Shown one piece after another: positions 13,641 through 25,580 of a stretch of DNA of 64,000 nt (position 1 is the first letter of the stretch; each line of letters begins with the position of its first letter). Under the pieces are notes generated by a model, which did no database searches, had not been told where the DNA came from, and saw only the letters and a program-made list of their open reading frames with translations. The stretch spans positions 146,506,001 through 146,570,000 of the forward strand of contig OZ024741.1 of NCBI GenBank assembly GCA_964016885.1, read 5' to 3'. The stretch comes from Eledone cirrhosa (lineage: Eukaryota). The position numbers and the translations under genes are program-made.

Positions 13641-15099
13641 TGTATATTACAATAGAGAAGGAAATACGCATGATTATATGGAAGCGGTTAAAATTGTTGT
13701 ACAGCACTGTAATACGATTGCAAAATTCTTGGAGTGATGGTACTCATTTTAGCATTTCCTGAAAATTAAATTTGCTAAACATATTTCTGGAAATGCTTTA
13801 TGGGAAGACATTTGTCATTTTGATAATAGAGAAGTTCAGCGTTTTAAATAAAATCAATTTAGAAACCTGCAAAGGCATTACTAAAGAGCAAAAATGTAGC
13901 AGAGTATATTCGTGCCATTCTTTTCAGCAATCTTTGCTCTTAGTAATTATCTTTCTTTTTCTCTATATTTTTCTATTTCTCAGCCTCGCTCCATTGATTC
14001 TATAGAAAAGAATTCTATTGGTTTGGAAAAGTTTATTCCTGACCAAATCTTCTTAATATATTTTCTTTTATGTCCAAAAGCATAAATCACAGCAGATATT
14101 CTACTACTATTATGGAAGTGAAATGTTCAAGAATGACTTAAGGAATTAGTGTAACAAATCATATCACCATCCTATTTACTTTATCCTACCATGAATTTCA
14201 GGATTTCATGTACAGTCTCATTTTTCTTATATATCCCCACTTTAGGTTCTATTTTAGATTTATCTTTCTGAAAATATTGTACACAGATTATTTAATAAAT
14301 ATAACTTTTAAGAAAGAAAAGTTATATATAGGCACATGCATGACTGTGTGGTTAAGAGGTTCCCTTCACAACCATGTGGTTTTGGGTTCAGTTCTCCTCT
14401 ATAGCACCTTGAGCAAATGTCTTCTACTATAGCATCTGAGTGACCAATGCCATGTGAGTAGAATTTGGTAGATTATCATACATGAAAATGAGCATCTCCG
14501 GCCACTGTTTTATATACCAAAATATCTAAGCTATAACTTATTCTTGTTTCAATACTGTCTGGTATTCCCACATGGCTACTGATCACAGCTTAAAATATTC
14601 ATAGTGAGACAATATACAAAAACATATATTATATATGCCAGTATATACCTCTAATATATATACATAAACACACACCATACACACGTGTGTGTGTATGTCT
14701 CTGTGTCTTTGTTTGTATCTGTATCTCATAACTTAGTGGCTCAATTATAGAGAGATTGTTAGAATAAGTCCTGGGGTCAATATGATTGACTAAATCAAAG
14801 CAGTGCACCAGCAAGACTCCAGTTTGATGGCTGAAACCAATAAAAAAAAGCATAAAGAATCAAATATTGATCTTGGATCTATGTAGAAAAATAGTCTAAA
14901 TGCAGGTCCAAAAATGTGAGGCATATCTAATTAACTTTTATAGAACTTTTATAGAATGGCAGGGTGGAAATTATATGAGAGAAACTATTAGACCTGTAAT
15001 TTTTATATGGGAGACACTTGGCTCATATGGAAGGATTTCTAACCAAGGGAAGTATTTGGGAAGAATGTTAGTCAAGGGAGAAATTCAAACTGGGAATGA

Positions 15100-15525
15100 A
15101 TAGTATACATTGTATATATATATCAATTGAAATACTAACATACCCAACTATATTTCAAATGAAATACTGATGTACTTAACTATAGTATATACTGTGTATA
15201 TATCAAATGAAATACTAATATACCCAACTATAGTGTATATATTAAATGAAATACCAATATACTCACCTATAGTGTATATTGTCTATAACAAATGAAATGT
15301 AAATATACCAAACTATAGTGTATTTTGTGTATATATCAAATAAGATATTAATATACCCACCTATAATGTAAATTGTGTATATATATCAAATGACATACCA
15401 ATATACTAAGCTATAGAGTATATTGTGCATATTGTGTATATTATATCAAATGAAATACCAATATACCCAACTATAGTGTATATTGTGCAAATATAAATTG
15501 AAATACTAATACACCCAACTATAAA
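15100..15525. repeat. Minisatellite, irregular unit of about 40-55 bp
   Basis: About 9 copies of ATCAAATGAAATAC(T/C)AATATACCCAACTATAGTGTATATTGTG. Confidence 0.85.
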
Positions 15526-18500
15526 GATGATCACAAATTAACAGTTCACAAAATATTGCTGTTTCAGACTTGATCCCATTTGGGACTATACAATTATTGA
15601 GGTTTGACAAGCTGGCTCATGTTAATTTGGTGCTGAGATGAAATTTTACTGAACAATTCAAAATGGGAAAAGAATTGAAGAAACCTGAGATTGTAGGAGA
15701 AGGGGTATGTAACCTGGGTCTCTAAGAACCACAGCATCAGATAATTGTTGAGCGAGAATAACAACTATATGGGAACATATAGTATTTTAATTTAGTAGAG
15801 GCCATGATGATAATTAAACAGGGTATGGAACATAATGGGTTAATAATAATAACTTTATTGTCCATAATGAGACAATGATAGATGGGGCTATTTCAATTAT
15901 AGAAAAGAGAATTTCAACTCAAGTTCTTTTTTTATATTATTCATTTTCTCCCAGTTTTATTTGCCTATTTGAAATTTCAAATTCATGAAATTGATATGAT
16001 TTTATAAACCTAAATCAAGTTGGCAGATAGAAGTCAACAAATTCTTTTTTTTTAATGAAATTCTAATTCAAACTTGAATCATAATTCAAAAAAAGTTCTA
16101 AAACTCCAATTTGAACTGATTTCATTCCTAGCAATTTTATTGAATAACAACTGAAGCTTCAATTTCTGTTCTCAGATTTCACTATTTCTCTGTTATATTT
16201 GGAAAAATATCACTTATATTGATATTAAATTTCAAAGTAAAAAAAAATCTTTTAAATAAAAAAAAAAAATTGGAGAAAATAGAATAGTTGGAGATTTGAT
16301 GAAGTTTTTACAAATTTAGTTTGACTTGCTTTATTCATCATATAGTAAAGAGTAGCATTAGGAAGATTAACTTTACACAAATATATACACTAATATTATA
16401 ACTATATACAGAGTAATGTTATAACTTAACAGCATTATAACTATGTAACAGTAACATAATACAGTATGCTTATGTATCCAATTTAGGTACACCAAACTTT
16501 TTAGTTGCCTCTGCCAATATGCAACAAAAAGATTAGCAATAAGGACAACCAGCTGTAAAACATTGCTCCAAAATGGGGCCTATGAAAAACATGAAGCCTT
16601 TCACGTGATCTACAAGACTAACCAATGCTTTACTAGGGTAGAATGGCTTTAAAACGCTTCAGAATAGTTACAAAACATAAATTTAATCACAGTTACTAAT
16701 TTCAACAACAGTAAAAAATGGATCAACTAGTAGAATGGTAAATCATTTCAAAGTTTTTAAGGCATATTTTTCAATTAATCTATGTTAAATAAAATCTGTT
16801 ATATTTGAAATATGGTGCTATTGGTTTCTGAAAAAAGGAAGTGAAAAATTTTAAGAAACATGTTGAAACTTTATAAAATGCATGAAATAGCAAACAAGTG
16901 TAATGATGTGTGAAACAAAAATGATACTCTAAAGGACATTTTAGATATCAAAATATTAAAATGTGTTTAAAATATTCTCTAATCATGTGGATTTATAATA
17001 CTGTTCATCAAAATATAATGTGCTGATTAGCTACCTCAGCATGTACATGGGGTTTAGGCTTTTGCCCATTTCTCAGACATAAAATAGGGTTTCAGTTTAT
17101 ATTTGGATCAGTTTGTACACAAGTATGTCATTAAACATCTGTGGAATATTTGAACTAAGGCATTACCAGATTTCCAATGAAATATGCTGCCTAAATATTG
17201 TAATTAATTTTGAAAATAACCAAACATTTAAAGGAATTCTAAAATTATATTATGATGAAAGGTTTTAATGTCAGGATAAATATCTTAAAACGAACAGTTT
17301 TGTCTCCTAAACCCATTGGCAATTTCAGGCAGTTTGGTATCGAAAAGGTTAAAGTTGTATGAAGCACAACAACTGTGAAGCTAAGAGAATTCACTAAATG
17401 GGCAAGAATTCTTCCTACAATTGTATTTTACCCCTGAAAATGACAATTAACTCTGTTGTTTCAATTTGGTTAATTAAATAAAAGTCAGGTATTCTAACAA
17501 ATATACGACCTCACTTATGCAAGCATAGAAAAACAGATATAACAGATAAAAATATGTTCTGAGCCAACATTATTTCATATTTACCAATTAGAGTTTATTA
17601 CACCTTTTAGCCACTATTCAGTTCTTCAAAATATATGTTTCCATAAGTTAGCATTACTTTACATTTGCCATGATGGAGTATTTTTATATTTACTTATATC
17701 ACCAATATTTATCTCAATGTATGTCTGTCTCTGTGTGTTATTGCTATTTTGAACACTCCAGAAACTTTGCTATATAAAAGAATGTACAGCATTAGCTTAG
17801 AGAAATAAGAATATCCCATATAACCTCCTAAATAGTTTATAAGCATTGGGCAATAATTAAAAAAATCTGAATAGTGAATGCAGAACACCAGGTAAAAGTT
17901 GCCTCATCGTTCCAGCATTACCCTGGAGGATAGTGAGGAGACACATAAAATACCCATTTCAACTCCTATGTAGTTGACAATGTGTATCCAGTTTGATACT
18001 TTATATCCCTGCATGTTATAAGAGGTAACTAAAAAAGTTGGGGCTAGGAAATAGAGACATGTGAAAAGTAATATTATAATCTACAGTTTAATTGGCAGAG
18101 AGACTCAATACCTTTGAGCTAAACTTATAGATGTGGATATAACCAATTAGCAACAAATTAGTGACATCTAGTCTGTCGTACAAATGCTACGAAGCCAGTT
18201 TCATAACTGAGTGAGTCATTATTTGTAAATTTAACAGGAAACCAGTCAGGTCGAAATATCTATTTATGAGTAATACTTTAAGAAATGAAATCTGACTGAT
18301 TAGTGGATATTCTGTTAGGTACAACACAGTTTAACCATTCCTGATTATATTTGTTATGAAATACATTGGGTGTTTCAATTAATTTTGGAAAAAACAAAAT
18401 TTGGAAGATTTTAATAAAATAACTTTTTCATTAAGTTGATGTTAAGAATAGAATCTAACAAGTTTTTACATAAAATTATGATGGAAGGTTTTAATTTAGA

Positions 18501-20099
18501 TATGAACATATTAAAATAGAATGTTTTATCACAGCCACAGAACAATTTCATGCAGGTTGGTATTGGAAGAGTTAAACAATAAAAATAGATAGCCATAAAT
18601 AAGTGTATCTTTAAGCCAGAATATTATTAACAAAATGTGATTATTTTTCCACTTTTATTCCAAAAGCTTGATAGTAAGACAAAACAATTGCATTCTGAAG
18701 TAATATTCAGATTATATGAAAAAAAAGGCACCGTATGAAATCAACACATCAGCACAAGATGAACTGGAAATGGTGTGATAGAATTTTAGCACTTCAATAT
18801 CACATTGCCAAAACTATAGACTTTATCTTCATAAAATAATCAATAATTTAGAAAGATTTAGTAATATATCTCATTTCCTCATTATTAAGCTGGTATTTGG
18901 AACATAAACGTTCTTACTTAAAATTATGATGGAAGGTGTTTAGATAAATATAAATAAATTAAACAGCCTATGCTTCTGTGGACCTATGTGGGGGAGTATG
19001 TAGTCAGCTGCATACTTCTCCCTGGAGGCTCACCCAACAAACATACCTTGTTTTTCCTCTGACCATTCTAACTTTATTTCAAACACTACTAATTTCCCAA
19101 TTAATGTTGTGTATGTCTGGTTTAGAATTAGTACACTGCATTTTGTAAGTAGTGATTAAAAGGTTTGGCACCAGAAAGGGCATCTGGCTATAAAACATTG
19201 CCTCAGAAAAGAAAAGCATGATAAATATGAAGTATGCCATCGGGCTGGAAGACTAATCCTTATTCTAGCAGAGAAAATGACTTTAAAATGCTTTTGAATG
19301 TAATGTGTGTGCGTGTGGACAGATGTTATAGATATCAGCAACCTTTACCATCGTTACTCCAATGATATACACCCTGACAGTGCGGAAGCATGCAGAACAC
19401 CAGGTAAAAGTTGCCTCATCGTTCCAGCATACAGACTGAAGAAAGCATTACCCTGGAGGATAGTGAGGAGACACATAAAATACCCATTTCAACTCCTATG
19501 TAGTTGACAATGTGTATCCAGTTTGATACTTTATATCCCTGCATGTTATAAGAGGTAACTAAAAAAGTTGGGGCTAAAAAAGTTGGGGCTAGGAAAGGCA
19601 TCTGCTTATAACTAATTACCTTAGAAATGGTCCCTTGATAAGTATGAAGTGTACCATGGAGCATGCAGGTTAGCCTCTGCTTTAACCAAGGAAAATGCAA
19701 TAAAATATTTATTATTGCTGTTTTATCCATTTACCAATCACTCACTATTGCAATGTTCTGAAATTCTCTTTTCCCTATTCAGATTTCTCTTGTGTATTAT
19801 TGACCTACAGATGCTCAGTTGTAAACATCATCAGCCTATAAAGGTCATCACCACTGACCACCACTAACTATCCTTCTTTGGCCAACTGATTAAAAATAAA
19901 GTTCAAAAGTAAACTGATGATAATTAGACTTATCACAGAATTCAGTACTACCAACTTACCAATTGAAAATTTTTGTACAAAAATATGGGTGTGTGTATGC
20001 ATGCATAATATATGTGTGTTTGTGTGTATGTATTTACAAATATCTGCGTGTGTGTGTGTGTGCGCGTGCGCGCATATAAATATATCATCATTATCATTT

Positions 20100-20926
20100 T
20101 ACAAATACCTTTATGAACAGGATGGAAGAAGTTCAGGGAGCTACTGCCACTGCTAGCTGCAAAAGGCTTTTCCCTCAAAATGAAAGGCAAACTGTATGAT
20201 GCATGTATATGAACAGCAATGTTACATGGTAGTGAGACCTGGGCGCTGTCTGTGAAAGACTTGCGTAGATTAGAAAGAAACGAAGCCTGCATGCTCTGAT
20301 GAAATGTGTAATACATTAACAGCAAAGCATAAATGAATTGAGAGAGAGAGACTGAGCATAATAGGAATCAAATGCTGCATGCAGGAGAGGAGGTTACGTT
20401 GGTATGGACATGTGATGCGTATGAAGGATGACAGCTGCATAAAAAGGTGCAGAGCACTAGAAGTCGATGGAAGCCGTGGAGTGGGGCGACCTAAGAAGAC
20501 CTGAGATGAGGTGATAAAAACCGACCTTACCCAATTACACCTCTCAAAGGTGATGACACACGACCGTGACCTCTGGCGTCACGCAGTAATACAGAAGACC
20601 CAACCCCCCATGGGTAGAAGCCGAAGCTGAAGCATATAGACAATATGCCCCCCACACCCTCCCACTGCAAAGTGGTTGTGGAGGTGCCATGGCAAAAAAG
20701 CACCCAGCCCACACTGTAAAGTGGACGTGTAGGTGCCACGGAAAAAAGCACCCAGCACTCACTGTAAATGAGCTTGGTGTTAGGAAGGACATCCAGCTGT
20801 AGAAATCAAGCCAGAATCAGTTCCCGTAGGAGCAAGACAAGGTCAGCCGACCGGACACTGCCCACAACAGGACAACCTGTCTAACCCATGTTAACGGACG
20901 TAAAACGGTGATGATGATGATGATGA
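20100..20926 (+). mobile_element. RTE LINE 3' fragment with 3' UTR and (GAT)n tail
   Basis: Encodes ELLPLLAAKGFSLKMKGKLYDAC...LHGSETW and RLRWYGHVMRMKDDSCIKRC...GRPKKT. Ends TAGGAAGGACATCCAGCTGTAGAAA...GATGATGAT. Confidence 0.85.
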
Positions 20927-22865
20927 TACATCCATATATTTAGTATATTTTTGTCATCATAATCATTGTCACCGTTTTACATCTATTTCCTATGCTGGCA
21001 TGGGTTAGACAGATTATCATATTCTGGCATTGATTTTACAGTTTGAGGCCCTTCCAAATGCCAATACCTTCACAGTGTGTAATGAGTGCATTTTATCATG
21101 GCACTTACTACCTGCCAGTGTAGACTGGGTATTTTTTTTATCATGGCACCAGCACTACCACTTTAGAAAATGGTTTGATTATATTTTATCATGATACCAG
21201 CACATTAAATATATATATATACATTCTTTTTTTTAGATGTATTACTCCACCTTCTCTCACTTTTTCTTTTTTTCTTTTTGCCAGATCTTCATCTAAAACT
21301 TTGTCAGAAGAAACTTCTAAAATGAGATATCAGTTTGTTTCTGTTTATAAAACATCAGATTTGTTATATTGATTATCTCCACATGTCTCACGAAGATATG
21401 GATAACAGATGGGAAAATAAAAGGCCTTGGATATCAACAAGAGGAACAAATACAAAAAGTAAATATATGTTTTATCTTAAAAAAATAATAATAAAGAGTG
21501 CAATTTCATGTATATATGAATACAAATAGCAATATGCAGATTTATTAAAAGTTGTTGAGAAACCCATAAGTACATACACGCATCTTTTACCATTTTTGCA
21601 AGTAAAAATAAATGAATAAATAAATAAATAAAATCAAATTATTATTCTAATCAAAGAATGTTATACAAGAATAAATTTTCTGATGTTTGACATAATGTCC
21701 ATGTTTTCTTTAATAAACTATTTGAATGTTTAACTTCAAAAGATATGAATTCTTCTAACCATCAAATATATAATTCACTGTATTTCTCTGAGCTGTTATT
21801 TCCAGACAGTTGCCTGAGACATTTGACACCTCTCACGTGCATTAATTTTATCATGTTCTAATAGAGAGAGAAAGGTGAAGAGGCAGATGGGAAACAGCAG
21901 TTCAAATCCTGCCAAGGTCAACTTTACCTTTGATCTTTCTGGGGTCATAAAATAAAGGGCCAGTCAAGTACTGGGGTTGACTTAATCAACACTGCCCATC
22001 ACCAAATTGCTGGTCTTGTGCCAATGTTAGAAAAAATTATTGATAATAAGGGAAGTGGATTAGCCGTACCATTAGAGCATTTAACAAAATGATTTACAGT
22101 ATTTGTTCCCACTCGTTATGTTCTGCGTTCAAATTGTACCAAGATAAAAATATGCCTTTCACCCTTTTGGGTTCAATATAATAAAGAATCAGACAAGTAC
22201 TGGGGTCAATTTCCTCTAAAATTGCTGGTCTTAGGCCTAAATTAGAAAGTATTATTCGAAAGTGAGTTGTCAAAATTGCTTTCATTCATACCAAAAACAC
22301 AAGATCTATTATGCCCTCATGTCTATATATATATATGTGAAATAAATTTACAATTCGTCATCTTCTTCCTTTAAAAGAAATGAAAATGAAAGAGAAAGAT
22401 TACATAGTGAAAGTAAGAGAAAGGGTTGGAAGAGTGACTGACGCTACACACGAGTCTAAGTGGTATAGCTTAGCTGTACCCTGCAGACAAAATGAGGAAA
22501 GCATTGCCACAGAGAACAATCAGTTACACCAACTGTATCAGCCACTCAACCACAAAGATATATTTCCTTAGGCAGGAAGTGCTTCTCCTGAATTTGCAGA
22601 GCAAATTGGCAGTTCAGGGACCAAGGACACCAGAGCTCTCAACAGTGACTGTCATTAAAATGAAGCAGTCGTTTAAGTCCCAATGATATATTATTTATAC
22701 ATTATTCTTTTTTTATAATGTTATAATGTTAGTTCTTTCTTTTGTGATATCTTTGTCTATTTTTCTATCTTTTTCCTTTGTATTTTTGTGTATTATCTAG
22801 GCTGCTACCAAGACTTTTTGTTTGAGGACAGTCTGGCCAACATTTTATATTCAACTTTATAATCA

Positions 22866-23940
22866 AAGACTTTTCCCTCAAAAGGAAAGGCAGACTGTAT
22901 GATGCATGCATACGAACAGCAATGTTACATGGTAGTGAGACCTGGGCACTGAGTGCAAAAGACTTGCATAGATTGGAAAGGAATGAAACTTTCATGCTCT
23001 GATGGCACATGGCTTAGTGGTTAGAGCATTGGCCTTGCAATCGAAAGGTTGTGAGTTCAATTCTCAGACCGGGTGATGTGTTGTTTCCTTGAGCAAGACA
23101 CTTTATTTCACATTGCTCCAGTTTATTCAGCTGTAGAAATGAGATGATAGGGGCTGGAGTCCCTATCATTCCACTGCAAAGTTGTCGTGGAGGTGCCATG
23201 GCAAAAAAGCACCCAGCACTCACTGTAAATGAGGTTGGTGTTAGGAAGGGCATCCAGCTGTAGAAATCAAGCCAGAATCAGTTCACGTCCCACTCTTGCA
23301 AGCAGCGAAAAGCAGACGTAAAATGAAATGATGATGATGATGATACATGAACAGCAAAGCATAAGTGTACTAACAAAGAAACTAGGCATAAGAGGAATCA
23401 GATGCAGTGTGCAGGAGTGGAGATTGTGCTGGTATGGACATGTAATGCGTATGAAGGATAACAGCTGTATAGAAAGGTGCAGAATACTCAAAGTGGATGG
23501 AAGCTGCGGAGTAGGAGGACCTAGGAAGACTTGGGATGAAGTGATAAAAACTGACCTTGCACAATTGCACCTCTCAAATGCGATGATGCATGACCATGAT
23601 CTCTGGTGTTATGCAGTAATACAGAAGACCTGCCTTCCAACTGGCACAGGCCAAAGATGAAGCATATGAATAATATGCATCACCTCACCCACCACTCCCA
23701 CACATACATCCAGTGAAGCCTCCAGCCCACACTGTAAAGTGGTCGCGTAGGAGTCATGGCAAAAACCACCCAGTCCACGCTGTAAATGAGGTTGGCGCTA
23801 GGAAGGGCATCCAACTGTAAAAATCAAGTCAAAGTCGGTTCAGTATGAGCATGACATGGTCACCTGACCTGTCATTGCTCACAGCAGAATAACTCGTCTA
23901 ACCCACGCCAACGTGGAAAAATTGACATTAAATGGTGATG
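22866..23940 (+). mobile_element. RTE LINE 3' fragment interrupted by a SINE at 23004-23344
   Basis: Colinear with 20160-20925. ORF 23328-23660 contains WRLCWYGHVMRMKDNSCIERC...PRKTWDEV. Confidence 0.85.
23004..23344 (+). mobile_element. tRNA-head SINE with CORE-like domain and RTE-derived tail
   Basis: A-box TGGCTTAGTGGTTAG, B-box GAGTTCAATTC, CORE-like CCTTGAGCAAGACACTTTATTTCACATTGCTCCAG, and a tail shared with the RTE 3' UTR. Confidence 0.85.
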
Positions 23941-24102
23941 ATTAAAAAATGTCTTTATTTTTCACCCAATGGTCAAAAAGAAAATCAAAATAAAAGTTTG
24001 ACTTTCTTTGAATTAATTCCAAAGAATTGACACAAAATAAAAAAGACATTCAATTTAGAAAATAAAACCTTCATAAGTAATTTTTTAAAAAATCCAGCAC
24101 AG

Positions 24103-24530
24103 TTAGAAGTGTCTTGTTATGCTAAAATCCCTAAAGGAGGAGGAGGAGGGGAGGAGGGGGAGAAGGAATGGGAGATGAGCGGGAGGAGGACAGGGAGGGG
24201 GAGAAGGAGGAGGAGGAGGAGAAGAAGAAGAAGAAGAAGAAGAAGAAGAAGAAATGGAGGGAGAAGGAGGAGGAGAAACAGCAGTGATCTGAACAGAGAA
24301 ACTGGAACAGTGCATAGTATGAAACAAGGTTGAAATTGTACCAGTCATAGTTGGTACTCACAAAAAAAAAAAAAAAAAAAAAAATTATGGTTGGAGATTT
24401 GGGGATTAAAATTTAGAAACTGCAAGGATCCTTAGGAAAGTGGTAGAAAATTGACCTGATGGATGAAAATATTCTAAAGGCCTCTTGGTCATTGGTTAAT
24501 ACTTACTCCTGAGGTTGAAAAATGACAAGA
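24103..24530 (+). mobile_element. R4/Dong-like non-LTR retrotransposon 3' fragment with (GGA/GAA)n tract
   Basis: Reading across frameshifts gives DL.RELEQ..SMK.VEIVPVIVG...WLE.LGIK...TARILRKVVEN*, resembling the C-terminus of restriction-like endonuclease LINEs. Confidence 0.65.
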
Positions 24531-24624
24531 TCTGACTGCAATGTAGATATTAATAATAACGGTTTCTGATTTAGGCAGAAGGCCAACAATTTAGAATGAG
24601 AGACAAGTCATTAATTAAAAACAA

Positions 24625-24895
24625 ACGTTAAAGTCTGTCCCAAGCCCGAAGGTTCATCGGGCCAGTGCTCATTCCAGTTTACTCAGCTTTAAGTGAGTAT
24701 GCGGACAAGACTCTCCCTGGATCGGATGCTAGCCCATCTTAGCATCAACTCCCAGCTACTGCTTATGCATATTTTCATCTGAGTGTACTGGAGCAACCTC
24801 AAATCAAATGTATTGCTCAAGAACACAACGTACAACTCTGTCCAGGAATCAAACCCATAACATTATGATCATAAGTTCAACCCCTAGACCATGCA
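24625..24895 (-). mobile_element. Degenerate tRNA/CORE-like SINE
   Basis: Minus strand: TTCTTGAGCAATACATTTGATTTGAGGTTGCTCCAGTACACTCAGATGAAAAT. Relatives at about 4570-4790 (+), 7030-7190 (-) and 31760-31910 (-). Confidence 0.6.
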
Positions 24896-25172
24896 CTGTT
24901 AATTATGTGTTATTAATTACCATCTGATAAATACTTTCAAAAGACTTCTACAGCATGCCTCAGCAGTAATAGGCTCAGAAAAGAGTATGACTCTTCCACA
25001 ATGTAATTGCTTTAATTTCAACAGTTTCAGATCATGACACTTGTCATTTCTGAAGCTTCTACAGTTCACTACTCATAACTGTTGTGACTGATATCAAATA
25101 ATTACTGATGAGAAATGCCTGAATATTTCAAAATAATTCAAAACTAGTTACAAGTTATTACTATTGCTGATT

Positions 25173-25580
25173 CTCAAGTTAGTTTTGATCAAGTAGGATC
25201 TATGTAAGAACCACAGCATGGAGTGAGAAAGTCTTGTGGACATTATGTCATACACATTGACAACCTGAAGCAAGATACTGGCTTGGGATCTGTCTAGGAA
25301 CTGAAGATCACGATGGTGGACAGAGAAGTGCAGTGGTTGTCATGTCACATAAATTGAAAACCTGAAGCTGAATTCTGGCCTGGAATCTGTCCAGGAACTG
25401 AAGGTAGCAATTGTAAACAGATAAGTGTGGTGGACATCATGTCACATACATTGACAACCTGAAGCAGATTACTGGCATGGAAGGTAGCAATGATTGACAG
25501 AGAAGTGTGGGGGATTTCATGTTACATACATTGATAAGCTGAAGCGGAATACTGGCCTGAGATTGTATTGAAATTGAAGC
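25173..25580 (+). repeat. Tandem array (4 units, spacing 97/97/80 bp) built from a LINE ORF C-terminus
   Basis: Units begin at 25248, 25345, 25442 and 25522. Each translates to about YIDNLKQDTGL.SV.ELK.AM.DREVW, preceded by EPQHG, typical of RTE-type ORF ends. Confidence 0.7.

Noticed and set aside
18192-18270. Hammerhead-like CTGAGTGA...GAAATATCTAT
   Set aside because: The core has an extra base, there is no stem II, and NUH does not register with stem I.
19770-19842. Minus-strand CTGATGA...GAAA
   Set aside because: Stem I cannot pair (atagg vs gggaa).
23004-23075. tRNA-like sequence with A and B boxes (also 35670-35745, 39925-40000)
   Set aside because: No acceptor stem. It is the head of a SINE, not a tRNA gene.
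24109-24361. Arg/Gly-, Ser/Pro- and Phe-rich ORFs
   Set aside because: Translations of a (GGA/GAA)n microsatellite.
25097-25160. CTGATGA followed by a weak hairpin
   Set aside because: GAAA is absent (CAAAA) and stems are marginal in AT-rich sequence.
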